A stretch of DNA of 64,000 bases from Octopus vulgaris (GCA_951406725.2 OX597842.1:34162001-34226000), one strand, 5' to 3'; shown: positions 40,698 to 57,375, numbered from the stretch's first letter. A program made the numbers and translations. Notes: generated by a model from the letters alone, not told the origin.

Positions 40698-41011
40698 ATA
40701 TATACATATATATGTGTGTGTATATATATATATATATACACACATATATGCGTGTATACACACACATACACACGCAGATATAGAATGTGTATGTGTGTGT
40801 GAGCGTCTGTATGTCTGTCTTTCTGTCGCTTTCCCCTCTTCGTATCCTCTCAGTGAAATCTCTACTTCAAGAGTCTCTCCTTGAAAATATCCACCATTTT
40901 AAATAGATTTTTCAAAAAACTTCTCTCTCTTTCGTCTCTGAAATATTCACCTTATTTTCATACATATTTTTCTTTTTGGCCTTTTTTTTCTGTCATGCAT
41001 TCCCTCAATCT

Positions 41012-41665
41012 GTCTTCTTCTTCTTCTTCTTCTTCTTCTTCTTCTTCTTCTTCTTCTTCTTCTTCTTCTTCTTCTTCTTCTTCTTCTTCATCTTCTTCTT
41101 CTTCTTCTTCTTCTTCTTCTTCTTCTTCTTCTTCTTCTTCTTCTCCTTCTTCTTCTTCCTCTTCTTCTTCTTCATCTTCTTCTTCTTCTTCTTCTTCTTC
41201 TTCTTCTTCTTCTTCTTCTGCTTCTTCTTCTTCTGCTTCTTCTTCTCACTCTCCTTCTTCTTCTTCTTCTTCTTCTTCTTCTTCTTCTTCTTCTTCTTCT
41301 TCTTCTTCTTCTCATTCTTCTCATTCTTCTTTTCTTCTTTGCTTTTTTCTTTTTCTCGCTTTCTTCTTCTCTTTCTTCTCCTTCGCTTTCTACTCCTTCT
41401 TCTTTTTCTTTCATTTCTTCGTCTTTGCTTTCTTCTTTCTCGCTTTCTTCTTCTTTCCTTTCTTCTTTTTCTTCTTTTTCTTTTCCTTCTTCTCTTTCTT
41501 CTTTTTCTTCCTTGCTTTCTTCTTCCCCACTTTCTTCTCCGCTTTCCCCTTCTTCTTCTTCTTCTTCTTCTTCTTCTTCTTCTTCTTCTTCTTCTTCTTC
41601 TTCTTCTTCTTCTTCTTCTTCTTCTTCATCATCATCTTCTTCTTCTTTTTCTCCTCTTCTTCTCC
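41012..41665. repeat. (TTC)n pyrimidine tract
   Basis: Direct reading. Confidence 0.95.
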
Positions 41666-42776
41666 CACTTGTTTTCCCTCTTCATCATCATCACCATCAT
41701 CAACATAACCGTCATCATCGCCATCGACATCATCATCACCAGCACCAACACCACCTTCATCATCACCATCATCATCATCTACCTCTTCCTATTAAGTTCT
41801 TTCTATAATATATATGAGTGTGTGTGTGTGTGTGTGTGTTTGTGTGTATGAGTATGTCTGCGTGTAGGTGTGGATTTATTTGTGTGTGCGGGTCTGTGTG
41901 TGTATAGTGTGTGGTGTGTATGTGCGTATGTATGTGAGGGTAGAAGTGTGTGTGTGCGTGTGTCTGTGTATTGGTAATGTGTGTATGAGTGTGTATATGT
42001 GCGTGTGTCTGTGTATTTGTCTATTTGTCTATTTGTGCATGTTGTGTGTATTTGTGTGTGTGTGTGCATTTGTGTGTGCGTGTGGTGTGTGTGTATATGT
42101 ATTTGTGCGTGTGTACGCGTGAATGAGCGTGTGTCTGTGTGAGCGTGTGTGTATTTATCTATTTATGTGTGTGTATATTTGTGTATGTGGGGCGTGTGTA
42201 TGTGTCTGTGTGTGTGGTGTGTGTGTGTATGTATTTATGCATGTGTATGCGTGTGTATTTTTGCGTGTGCCTGTGTGAGTGCGTGTCTGTATTTGTGTAT
42301 TTGTGGGTGTGTGTATTTGTGTATGTGGTGTGTGTGTGCGTGTATTTGTGTGTGTGCATGTGTGTGTGTATGGTGTGTGTGAGTGCGTGTGTATGCGTGT
42401 GCATTTGTGCGTGTGTCTGTGTGAGTGTGTGTGTGTGTGTGTGTGTGTTTACCTACTTGTGTATATGTGTGTGTGTTTATGCGTGTTCTTCCTTTTTTTT
42501 CTTTTCATCTCTCATCTTTAACATACTGTTGCCTTGTCATACTTTTTAGCGCATTTTTTTTCCGTCGCCTTCAAAACTAAATTTTGTCTTCTCTAGGTTT
42601 TTCCTTCAATTCTGTCTTGTATGGTGTTTATATATATATATAAAGTTTGTGAAAGTTTGGCGCGCTGTTAGTAGGGGCATTTGAATTATAACGTCGGATG
42701 TAATCAATTGAACCACACGTGTATTTATCGTTATGGTAAAATCTGGCGTGTGATTGAGTGGATTTCATCCAGATAG

Positions 42777-42858
42777 TTTTGGCTGAGGAGCTACAAGTTG
42801 GGTTTTTTGTAAGTAAAATTACATTTAATTCATTAATAGCGAAACAATTGTCCCAAAA
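42777..42858 (+). ncRNA. Type-I hammerhead ribozyme fold, canonical core
   Basis: TTTTGG-CTGAGGA-GCTA..TAGC-GAA-ACAATTGT-C-CCAAAA; 6-bp stem I, palindromic stem III, GUC triplet. Confidence 0.8.
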
Positions 42859-43146
42859 TAATCTGTATTTTTGTTATTTTTTATTTGCCCTGTTCGTGTG
42901 AGCTAACAATCGTACTGACTTTCATGTGAAACATGTATTTTTGTGGTTGAAACCTTTTGGATTTTCTAGTGCTAGAATGAGCCACATAGTGACCATTCTC
43001 TTATATTTATTTTTGTATAAAATAATATTATAATATATTATAAAATATTATAATAATCCAGGTTTCTCGAGGCACTGGGCCACTTGGTGTTGAATTGACA
43101 TACTATTAAATTAGTATCTAATTCTCTCACCCTTATTAATTAATTA

Positions 43147-43197
<51 letters not shown>

Positions 43198-43199
<2 letters not shown>

Positions 43200-43404
43200 T
43201 TTTATTCTTTTATGCTTTTGTTACAGGAATTTGACTGCGACCATGCTAGAGCACCGCCATGTAGTCGAACAAATCGACCCTGAGACTTATTCTTTGTAAG
43301 CCTAGTACTTATTCTATCTTTTGCTGAACCGCTAATTTATGGGGACCTAAACACACCTCTATCGTTGTCAAGCGATGTTGTGGGTGGGAGACAAACACAC
43401 ACAA

Positions 43405-43439
<35 letters not shown>

Positions 43440-43592
43440 CGACGGGCTTCTTTCAGTTTCCGTCTACCAAATCCAGTCACAAGGCTTTGGTCGGTCCGAG
43501 GTTACAGAAGAAGACACTTACCGTAGGTGCCACGCAGTGGGACTGAATCCGGAACCATGTGGTTGGTGAGCAAGGTACTTACAACACAGCCG
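43198..43592 (-). mobile_element. SINE family A, diverged
   Basis: Reverse-complement match over head and tail. Confidence 0.85.
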
Positions 43593-43895
43593 TATGTATG
43601 TCTGTCTGTATATACATATATATATATATGGTGGTGACTGAGGAGAGGTTGTATATATTAATGCAGTAATTTTCCCCGAATGTCGGTATTTAAATTAATT
43701 TTTGTCGGGAGAGCAAGTCTTATGGAGAGCGTAGAGTTTGGTGAAATCTTTAGGATCATATTTTCGATATATATTGTCTGCCTCTTATTTCGTCGGTTTT
43801 ACCGCCTTTGTGGCATGTGTACACACACACACAAACACATACATATATATACATATATATACATATATAGATATGTGTGCGTTTATTTATATATG

Positions 43896-43947
<52 letters not shown>

Positions 43948-43952
<5 letters not shown>

Positions 43953-44125
43953 AGGTTTGGAGATGAGGTACAGGTATTATATATTACAAGAAATGAGGTA
44001 CCCAGAAGATCGGATGGTTTATATTTACAGATATTTATTTATATATTACATTTTATATATATATATATCATATCACTTAGATCATTAGCGCTTTCTTCCA
44101 TTCTAGTGGGGTTTTCAAATCAAAA
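43948..44125. repeat. Interspersed repeat shared with 54451-54640
   Basis: Both begin TTGGAAGGTTTGGAGATGA immediately after (TA)n. Confidence 0.85.
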
Positions 44126-44342
44126 TAAGTTCCTTTGTGGGGAATTTTAGTCATTTTATAGAGTTTCGTAGTGGTGGGGAGGAATATAAGACAGTACAAG
44201 AGGATGAGGTGGATGAGGAGAAAGTGAGAGAGAGAACATGTGTGTATACATATATATATATATATATATACACCAGAGTAAGCACGGAAACGCGAAACAA
44301 GGTGGAAAATTATAGTACTCGAATACCAGAGGTAGAGTAATA

Positions 44343-44508
44343 TGCTTTATTAAAAAAGCAGTAAAAATATCACAAAAACTGTTACTCAGAGTTTCACGTT
44401 CTCGTTAGTCGGACAGTTTTGCTTAGATTTAAACCAAACTGTCTGACGAACGGGAACGTGAAACTCTGAGTAACAGTTTTTGTGACATTTTTGCTGCTTT
44501 TCAACAAA

Positions 44509-44511
<3 letters not shown>
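44343..44511. repeat. Inverted repeat (~77-bp arms) containing paired hammerhead motifs
   Basis: CACAAAAACTGTTACTCAGAGTTTCACGTT and AACGTGAAACTCTGAGTAACAGTTTTTGTG. Confidence 0.9.
44436..44479 (+). ncRNA. Minimal type-I hammerhead ribozyme, canonical core
   Basis: AAACTGT-CTGACGA-ACG-GGAA-CGT-GAA-ACTC-T-GAGT-A-ACAGTTT; 7-bp stem I, GNRA-capped stem II, GUA triplet. Confidence 0.82.
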
Positions 44512-44542
<31 letters not shown>

Positions 44543-44654
44543 CGAGAGAGAGAGAGAGAGAGAGAGAGGTTGGGGAGAATGATGGACGAGGTAGAAAGGA
44601 AGATAAATCGACAGATAAAAAGAGAGCGAGAGATAGATTGATAGACAGACAAAG

Positions 44655-44700
<46 letters not shown>

Positions 44701-45682
44701 GCAGGCAGAGGGATAGATTGGTAGATAGATAGATAGACAGACAGACAGAGAGAGAGACAAATACATGCGTGCATGCACATATACATACATACATGCATGC
44801 AGACATACATACATGCATACATAGAAAGAGAGATAAATAGACAGATAGATGGACAGACAGACAGATAGACATAGATAAACAGATAGATAGATAGATAGAT
44901 AGACAGAAAGATAGATAGATATGTAGACCGAAGTGTGTACGCATGACCGGGAAGCACGCCCAATTACACGCGTACACATATAAGCACTCCAACACACACA
45001 CATACACACACACACATGCATACATACACACAAAACACACCCATACACATTCAGACAGGCACACAAACCAATGCAGACACACATACACACACACACTGTT
45101 CTTTGACTTTATACAGGAAACTAAAATTTTCTTGTTTCCAATCGAATAGACAATCTTTTACTGACATGAAATATAACGGTGGTAAGGACAATTGTAATAG
45201 GAAAAAAGGAATAAAAACTAAAAGAGTTCCACTGCCAAGGGCGATAATTCGCAAACAATATGTAGTGAAGTGCTGTTTTGGCTGCGTTATACGTTGTATT
45301 ACTGTTTCTGTTCCGTATTGTATTGTACGAGGAAGAGGTTGTGTGAGGGGAGGTAGATAAGGAATTTGGGTTGGGGAGAGATTGGGTGTGAATGTTGATA
45401 CGTGTTTTACCTGTATCACTGATAGATGTATAAATGCGGATACATAACGGTTCATTTTGTTTTACATACGTGTATGTATGTATATATATATGTATGTATA
45501 TACACGTACTTTGATTTTTTCAGTGTTTTCAGTGTGGTATGTGCAATAATTCCAGAAGCGACCATATATACATGCACACATTCATATATGCATATATATA
45601 CATATGTATATATATGTGTGTGTATACTTATATATATATATATATATATATATATACGTATATATATACATATATACATACA

Positions 45683-45761
<79 letters not shown>

Positions 45762-46000
45762 ATATATATGTATATATACATATACTTTATATATACGTAT
45801 GTACACGTTTGTGTATATATGTATATATATGTACTTGTAGCTACACATATATGCATGTATATTTTTATAATCATATATACACACATATATACATGTATAT
45901 TTTACATATGAACATATATATATATACACATATACATATGCAATATATATGCATACACATCCTTATATATATATATATTTGCATATGTGTATATGTATAT

Positions 46001-46051
<51 letters not shown>

Positions 46052-46737
46052 TAAGATACGTAAGCATGCATATATATATTAGCATTTTTGTATATATGTA
46101 CACATATAAATATATACACATATATGTATATATACGATTACATACAGAAATAAATATAGATGCAAATATATATATATATATATTTGTGTATATATGTACA
46201 CATATCAAAATATACACACATATGTGCATATATATATAGAAATACATATAGATGCATATATATATGTGTGTGTGTGTGTATGCATGTACGTCCTGATGGA
46301 TCTATATGCATGAAAGTATGCACATTTAGAAGAAGAAAAAGAGAAAGAAGGAATGAAGCTTCCCAAACCAAACCATCTTCAAGAGCCACGCAACAGGCAA
46401 CGCATTCTTACAACTGTAACAGCGATACAGCATCTGTTGGCTGCAAATGTCTTGATGTCGTCCAAACCATCGCCTCACCAACAACAAATGCAGCTTCGCG
46501 TATAAATTGCGAAGGCCTCTGTCTAGATTATCCTGAAGTTGATAAACGTATGTCTGTCTCATAGTCTTGTCAATGCTTTTAGTCAACTTAGTTCGCTATT
46601 TTCTGAAGAGAAAATATGACCGCTCTTACATTTGGTAATTTAGAAAAGTTTTGTGCAGTCCCTAGCATCTTTTTTCGTATTTAGAAAATGCTATCAACTG
46701 AGTGAGTCTGCGCTCTTTTAATTAGCGATTCGTTACA

Positions 46738-48480
<1,743 letters not shown>

Positions 48481-48489
48481 ATCATCATC

Positions 48490-48695
48490 ATAGCCATTGC
48501 ACAGCTTCTAACGCTGCAGGTGTACTACGGTGTCAGTTGAGCCCCTTCCGGTGTATTCAACCGGCATATTCCAAGCAGTGCTGTTTTCTGCAATTGCTCC
48601 ACCTTTATTGCAGCCCCTATTTCTTCCATGTACTTCTCAAGATTTTTACTCACTGTTCCCAGGGATCCGAAGGTTAGTGGTACTACTACTACCAC
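48490..48695 (-). pseudogene. R4/Dong-like non-LTR retrotransposon, C-terminal restriction-like endonuclease remnant and 3' end
   Basis: Manual translation VVVPLTFGSLGTVSKNLEKYMEEIGAAIKVEQLQKTALLG, then a frameshifted IHRKGLN*; the 3' end runs into (TAA)n. Confidence 0.75.
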
Positions 48696-48699
48696 CTTC

Positions 48700-49010
48700 T
48701 ACTCTTTTCTACTCTAGGCACTCTAGGGAGGAAGAGGATTAGATCGACCCCCGTACGCAACAGGTGCTTAACTTATGGACCCCGAAAGGATGAAAGGCTA
48801 AGTAGACCTGGGCGGAATTTGAACTCAGAACCTAAAGACGGACGAAATGCCGATTTGCATTTTGCACGGTGTGTCAATGATACTTTCTATTGGAGGTACA
48901 GATATGTGGGGAGGGGAGTAGTCGGTTACATTGACCCCAGTGTTTCACTGGTACTTGATTTATCGACCCTGAAAGCATTAAAGACAAAATCAACACCGCC
49001 GGAATTTGTG
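48700..49010 (-). mobile_element. Two diverged SINE family B fragments
   Basis: CCCGAAAGGATGAAAGGC..GGCGGAATTTGAACTCAGAAC and ACTGGTACTTGATTTATCGACCC. Confidence 0.75.
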
Positions 49011-49019
49011 AGCGAATGT

Positions 49020-49074
<55 letters not shown>

Positions 49075-49080
49075 CATACA

Positions 49081-49114
<34 letters not shown>

Positions 49115-49147
49115 CATACATGCATATATACATACATACATACATAT

Positions 49148-49205
<58 letters not shown>

Positions 49206-49313
49206 GCACATATGTGTAGCTGTGTACGAAACTATATTTGTATATATGCATGTATTCATATTTATTTCATATATATATTTATATATACACACACATGCGC
49301 ATACACATAGAAA

Positions 49314-49382
49314 AGTTTCTTTATTGGCCACACAGGGCTGCACACAGATGGGACAAGTTACAAGGTAGAGCTTTTCTTTTGG
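49314..49382 (-). mobile_element. Tx1/L1-like LINE extreme 3' end
   Basis: GTTTCTTTATTGGCCACACAGGGCTGCACACAGAT..ACAAGGTAGAGCTTTTCTTTT. Confidence 0.85.
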
Positions 49383-50045
49383 GGGATGAAAAAAACAAAA
49401 AACAAAAGAAAAAGAAAAACATAATAATAATAAATAAATAATGTTTATACGCACGTAATACACATCCATAGTACATACATATATACACACAGACACACAT
49501 ACACAATATACATAGACGCATACAAAAAAATGATAACATAAAATAAATGACAGGAACGAAAGCGAAGAAGAAAATTTAGCAGGGTACTCCAAAAAACATG
49601 GCCGCTAAAACACAGAAAAAAATATCGTGTGAAACTCTTTTGTATGTAAATAAAAAAAAGCTACGCACTGAAGCACAGAAACACTCTTATACACTGACAC
49701 ACACAAAAGCACATACTCTCATACATATATACACACACAAATACACTCTTTTCTTCTTGTTTCTCCCCCAAAAATAAGCGTTATGGCGTAAGCAATATGG
49801 CGTACTTTATCTGCAACTATATTTTAACACCTGACAGGAAGAAGCAAATTTTCGAAGGCAATAGCGACGAGAAACCATGCTACTGGGATGCATAATCGAA
49901 TGGTGGGTGGAGGGATGTTTATTTGGAATGGTAGAACAGTAAATGGAAGAAAGAAATTCTCCAAGACGGTGTTAAAGGAACAAAATATTGACTAAAACTG
50001 TTTCTTAGGTAAAAAGACGGGAAAAACTGAATGTATATGAATATC

Positions 50046-50099
<54 letters not shown>

Positions 50100-50320
50100 T
50101 GTGTGTGTGTGTGTGTATATGTATGTATATGTATATATATATATGTATGTGTGTATGTATATATATATATATATATATACAAGATAAGAAAATGGAGAAA
50201 TACATCTAAATCAAATATCAATAACAAGATAATACTCAATCATATACTTTATTAAACCACCACACAAGAGACTGGATATATGTTATCCCATGGAGGGTTG
50301 CATTTACAACCCCTATCTCA

Positions 50321-50377
<57 letters not shown>

Positions 50378-50574
50378 GTTGTAACAGACGATAACATGAT
50401 GTGTAGATATTTGGCCGTCTGCGTTATGCTTGTGTGAACGTATAGCTTGTGTGTGTCTGTGAGAGAGCGTGCGGCTTGTGTGTGTGTGTAGATATTTGTA
50501 TAGATTTTTGTATGTGTGTATGATTCTATATATATTAGTCATAGATCTGCGGGTGTCGGTGAATAATTGCCACT

Positions 50575-50692
50575 CAAGGTCGGCCCAAGGCTATAGTAGA
50601 AGACACTTGCACAAGGTGCCATGCAGTGGAACTGAACCCGGAACCATGTGGTTGCTAAGCAAGTTAATTACCACACAGCCACTCCTGCGCCT
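50575..50692 (-). mobile_element. SINE family A, 5' fragment
   Basis: GGTCGGCCCAAGGCTATAG..CACAGCCACTCCTGCGCC. Confidence 0.85.
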
Positions 50693-50700
50693 ATACACAC

Positions 50701-50769
<69 letters not shown>

Positions 50770-50913
50770 TATATATGTGCGTATATGTGTCTGTCTGTCT
50801 GTGTCCATATATATTTCATTGTGCCTATGTATAGTTAGATATTGATCGAATGAGCGATAAATAAGCAAATACAAATAGACAGACAGACAGATAGACAGAC
50901 AGACAGATTAATT

Positions 50914-50971
<58 letters not shown>

Positions 50972-51333
50972 CACACAGTCATGCAGATAATACATAGGCA
51001 TGCTTATATATATATGTATATATATATATATGTGTGTGTGTATGTGTATATATATATATGTGTGTGTGCGTATGTGTACGTGTGTGAGTGCATGTGTGTA
51101 TGTATGTATGTCATACCTTTATTTATTAGGTTGTACAGACACACGAGTAACTCGGTAGCGTAGACTTTCAAAATTTGCACCTAACAATGAGTGTGCAGTG
51201 AGGGAGGAGGGGCACTGTATATGTATATTTATATGCAAATATATATATATATATATACATACATATGCATATATATATATGTATATATATATATGCATAT
51301 ATATATACGTATATATATATATATATATTTATA

Positions 51334-51418
<85 letters not shown>

Positions 51419-52572
51419 TTAAAAACAAATATGTACATACACATACATACATACAAAATACCCACACGCTCACAAATACACACGTATACAGACACACACA
51501 TGCACACGCAAATGCAGACATATATTAAAGAAAAAAAAAACACCCCAAAAATAGAAACAAAAAAAAACCAAACAACATAACGCTAAATATAAATATATAA
51601 AACTTTGGACCGCTAAATATAAATATATAAAACTTTGGACCAAATATATATATATATATATATATAAAACAAAAGAAATATTTAAATTTCAAAGAATTGC
51701 AAACGCAAAATGAAGGAGAATGTTAGGTAAGAAGAGTAAAGACGGTGAGAATAGTTTATCAAAGACAGAAAAAGTATTAAAGTCTGCAGAAAGGCTTAAA
51801 GGGGAGAATGGTAAGTTCGCGATGGTTGTTATTTAAAGACGACTGCTTTCCGTCTCTCTTACACCGGAAGTACATTTTCATTGAATGTATTTGTTGTCGC
51901 ATCGCTGCCCAACAAACTATTGTGACGTACGCTTCTTTCTAAATTTTTCCTACATTTGTTTCGCTTTTGTTTTGTTTTTTTTGTTTTTTTTTTTGCGGCT
52001 GCTTTTTTTTTCTTTTCATATTTTTGTAAATTGTTGTTGTTGTTGTTGTTGTTGTTGTTACTGGTGTTGCTGTTGTTGGGGGTGATGACGTTCTTGTTGG
52101 TGGCGGCGGTGGTGGTGGTGGTGGTGGTGTTCGCTGATGCGATTCTTGCGATGTGTGCATGCGTCTGTATGTGTGTATGTGTGTACCTGAGTGTGTGTGT
52201 ACATGTGTGGGTGTACGTGTGTATGTGGCTATGAGTCTAGTAAGGGGGAGGTGGAGGCATTTATGATAGTTTTTGTGGTATGCGGTGTGTTTGCCGGCTG
52301 GATAGCTGGCTGGCTGCCTGGTCGGTTGGTATGCATATATATATACATATACATGTATACCTACATATATATATAATTATACACAAACACATATATATAT
52401 ATGTATGTGTGTATATATATATATATATATGGTTAGATAGTTAAATATATATATATATCTGTACATCACTTCTGAAACTTTCTATGTATATACATATGCG
52501 TATATATGTATATTTATCCATATGCATATATATATAAATACTTGAATATGTTAATGTGTTTATATTTATATA

Positions 52573-52684
<112 letters not shown>

Positions 52685-52704
52685 GCATGCACACACACAT
52701 AGAC

Positions 52705-52754
<50 letters not shown>

Positions 52755-53252
52755 TTATATATATACATATATATACATGCGTTTTCTTAAATATATTCGC
52801 ATAAACACCTATAAATACAAATATTTGCATACATTTCTAGATATGCACATATTTTCATATGTGTGCGTGTGTATAAAGATATTTTGTTGAATTAATATGT
52901 CTGTGCACATTTATATATTGTGTCGTATTCGTCTACATGGGTGTCGAAATCTACGCATACATATGCTATGTTATAACAATAGTAGTATGCATCGATGTAT
53001 ACACCCACAAACACACACATATATATATATGTATATATGTATATATATACACACACATATACATGAGTGTGTGTGTATCTTTCTCTCTTCCCTTCTCTTT
53101 ATGTCTGTCCTTGTATATATGTATATATGTACACGTCTATATATATATATATATATACACACGTACATTCACGCATATATGTTTATATACATGTATACAT
53201 GAGAATTATACCGATCACTACCTCAAGAGATAGATAGATATACATACATGTG

Positions 53253-53300
<48 letters not shown>

Positions 53301-53313
53301 GTATGAATGTATG

Positions 53314-53357
<44 letters not shown>

Positions 53358-53470
53358 ATATATATGTGCATGTTTTTCTTTAGTTTGTATCTGATATTTT
53401 TATGTTATTTATCCGTACAAATGCAATCAATTCTACACACTTCTATACACCCGCAATCTTATATACGCAT

Positions 53471-53513
<43 letters not shown>

Positions 53514-54140
53514 GTTTGTGTGTTTGTTTGTTTATCGATCTGTCTGCTTGTCCTTGATGAGACCCAAGCCTCGCGGGTGTAAAATTGTTGTGAAAGCGAA
53601 GGAGAGGAAGAAGAGGAAGGAAAGAAGAAGAAGAAGAAGAAGAAGAAGAAGAAGAAGAAGAAAAAGAAGAAGAAGAATGAGGAAGAAGAAATTGAAGAAG
53701 AAGAAGAAGAAAGATGAAGCAGAAGAACAACAACAACAAGAAAAAGAAAACGAAGGTGACGATGATGATGATGATGACGACGATGATGATGAAGATATGA
53801 TGAAGAAGAGAAGGGTGTAGAAAAGGAAGATGAATGAAAAACAGTAGAAAAATTGAAGGATGAGACAGAAAAGATAAAGAAGAAGAAGAAGAACAACCAC
53901 AACAGCAGCAGTAAGCAACAGCAACAGCAACAACAACAACAACAACAACAAGTGGGAGAAATATCAACGTAGGTGAAATATTTAAATATTTGAATAAACC
54001 TAGCGAAATAGATAGCAACAACGACGACACCAGCAATAGGAACAACAACAATAGTGACGGAGTTCTTGGACGAAAGATTTTGTATGTCTTCGATTTTGAA
54101 GCAGACAGACATACATACATACAGACAGACATACATACAT

Positions 54141-54175
<35 letters not shown>

Positions 54176-54218
54176 CACAGACAGTCAGACAGACAGACAG
54201 ACAGACAGACACACACAT

Positions 54219-54277
<59 letters not shown>

Positions 54278-54384
54278 GGTGAATGAATTTTCCTTGCATG
54301 GAAAGAATAAAAGTATGCTGTCTTCGAAACATGTGTCGAGAGTAAAGGAATTTTGTTAGCATCTTCGTTCGACTCTATTCTTTC

Positions 54385-54450
<66 letters not shown>

Positions 54451-54456
<6 letters not shown>

Positions 54457-54715
54457 AGGTTTGGAGATGATGTACACGTATTATATATTAGAAGAAATGA
54501 GGTAATCAGAAGATCGGATGGTTCATATTTATAGATATTTTTTTATATATTACATTTTTTACATATATATATATCATATCATTCAGTTCATATCATTCAG
54601 ATTATTAGCGCTTTCTCCCATTCCAGTGGGGTTTTCAAGTAAATATGTAAAAAATGTAATATATAAATAAATATCTATAAACATGAACCATCCGATCTTC
54701 TGATTACCTCATTTC

Positions 54716-54727
<12 letters not shown>
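54451..54727. repeat. Interspersed repeat with fold-back (arms ~54482-54566 and ~54643-54727)
   Basis: TAGAAGAAATGAGGTAATCAGAAGATCGGATGG and its reverse complement. Confidence 0.88.
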
Positions 54728-54787
<60 letters not shown>

Positions 54788-54791
<4 letters not shown>

Positions 54792-54975
54792 GATAATTCA
54801 CAAAGAAAAAAAAACAAAAAACAAAGACAGGTGGCGTAGACAACACACAGATGTATTAGTTAAACGCTCGAGAAGTAAAATAGTCTTTAACGTTTCGAGC
54901 CTACGCTCTTCCACAGAAAGGAACACAGAGGAAACAAGGAGAGAAAATAAAGTGTATCTAGAGGCTAGCGATCTA
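54788..54975 (-). mobile_element. ~190-bp element with hammerhead-like motif (54884-54921, CUGUGGA core)
   Basis: Reverse complement reads CCTTT-CTGTGGA-A-GAGCGTAGGCTC-GAA-ACGT-T-AAAGA; 3' end abuts (TA)n. Confidence 0.72.
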
Positions 54976-55046
54976 TCATGGCGAAATCATAAATACATAT
55001 GTGTGTGTGTATGTGTGTGTTAATAAGTATATATGTATATATATCA

Positions 55047-55078
<32 letters not shown>

Positions 55079-55129
55079 TTATGCATATATACATGTATAT
55101 ACATATATATATGTATATACATATATATA

Positions 55130-55171
<42 letters not shown>

Positions 55172-55300
55172 TGTATGTATATATTTACATACGAGCCAGA
55201 CACAAGTATATGTCTGTATATACGCACGAACACACACAGACACACACTCGTATGTATGTATGTATGTATGTATGTTGTCTATGTATGTATGTGTGTACGT

Positions 55301-55341
<41 letters not shown>

Positions 55342-55624
55342 GTATATATATATGCATATATGTGTATACGTATGTCTGCATGGGTGTGTACGCTTAGATA
55401 TACAGACTTCAACATACATATGTCAATAAATATATACCTCATGTTTAAAATGGCTGAACATACATGTTTTTTACAGCATAAATACTCATATACACTCACC
55501 CAAAGACACACTCACATAATCAAATTTTTTCATACATATATATAAATATATATATATATATACATACATATATACATATGCATATATATATCCATATGTT
55601 ATATATATGTATATGCATATATAC

Positions 55625-55673
<49 letters not shown>

Positions 55674-55715
55674 AATATATATATATACACACACACACAC
55701 ATATATATAGATATT

Positions 55716-55763
<48 letters not shown>

Positions 55764-55764
55764 G

Positions 55765-55803
<39 letters not shown>

Positions 55804-56231
55804 GTATAGACGTATACATATATGTAGACATATATACTTATATCTGTGTGTGGGTGTATAAACACATATATATATACATATATACACACGCGTGTGTGTG
55901 TGTGTGCGTATCAAAGGAAATTGATAAAGGGAGGAAGTGCTGCCCTTATTTTGTTGTTTAATTTATTTATCCCCCCCCCTTTTTTTCTGGGGCAACGAGG
56001 TACATATTTGATAAGGGTGCACCTTGATAGAGTTTGATGGGGCAGAAGACACGTCTGCGTGTGTGCGGGTTTGTGTGTGCGTATAAGTGCGTGTTTGTGT
56101 GTGTGCATGTGTGTGGACGTGCGTTTATGCATGTGTGTGTATGCGTGTGTATCTGTGTGTGTGTGTGTGTGTGTGTTTGTGTGCGTTGCTCATGTACGTC
56201 TGGTGTCTAAGTTTTTAGACTGCTGTATGGT

Positions 56232-56307
<76 letters not shown>

Positions 56308-56321
56308 TATGTATGGATATA

Positions 56322-56362
<41 letters not shown>

Positions 56363-56378
56363 TATGTATATATTTATA

Positions 56379-56449
<71 letters not shown>

Positions 56450-56579
56450 GCATATGTATGTATGTAGATAACTGTACTTTTAGCGGAGCGGGGGAATATC
56501 TACGCACAAACATATGTGAACATTTTTGCACATACGTCTCTCTCTAGCATACTCTCTCACCATCACTCTTCCTCCCTCT

Positions 56580-56657
<78 letters not shown>

Positions 56658-56685
56658 TCATGCATATATATGTTATATCTATGTT

Positions 56686-57375
56686 TAGCGGTATTTCGTC
56701 TGTCTTTACGTTCTGAGTTCAAATTCCGACGAGGTCGACTCTGCCTTTCATCCTAAATTAAGTACCAGTTACGCAATGGGGTCGATATAATCGACTTAAT
56801 ACCTGTGCCTGTGCTTGTTTGTCCCCTGTGTTTAGCCCCTTGTGGGTAGTAAAGAAATAGGTATTTCGTCTGTCTTTACGTTCTGAGTTCAAATTCCGAC
56901 GAGGTCGACTCTGCCTTTCATCCTAAATTAAGTACCAGTTACACAATGGGGTCGATATAATCGACTTAATACCTGTGCCTGTCCTTGTTTGTCCCCTGTG
57001 TTTAGCCCCTTGTAGGTAGTAAAGAAATAGGTATTTCGTCTGTCTTTACGTTCTGAGTTCAAATTCCGACGAGGTCGACTCTGCCTTTCATCCTTTCAGG
57101 GTCGATTAAATAAGTGCCGGTTACGCACTGGGGTCGATGTAATCGACTTAATACCTATGCCTGTCCTTGTTTGTCCCTTCTGTGTTTAGCCTCTTGTGGG
57201 TAATAAAGAAATATGTATTTCGTCTGTCTTCATGCTCTGAGTGCAAATTCCGACGAGGTCGACTGCCTTTCATCCTTTTGGAGTCGATAAATTAAGTACC
57301 AGTTCCGTACAGGGGTCGATCTAATCGATTGGCCCGCTCCCCAAAAATTTCGGGCCTTGTGCCTAGAGTAGAAGA
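56686..57375 (+). mobile_element. Tandem array of four headless SINE family B units (~170-185 bp)
   Basis: GTATTTCGTCTGTCTT recurs at 56691, 56861, 57031 and 57216. Confidence 0.9.

Noticed and set aside
43625-43692. Further hammerhead-like traces here and near 20710, 37528 and 54325
   Set aside because: Core or stems are too degenerate to separate from chance by eye.
46326-46610. 86-aa minus ORF and 134-aa plus ORF in a unique island
   Set aside because: No recognisable motif; cannot be supported without homology or RNA data.
56686-57375. CRISPR-like periodic array
   Set aside because: Whole units repeat without unique spacers, they match a SINE, and the context is eukaryotic with no cas genes.
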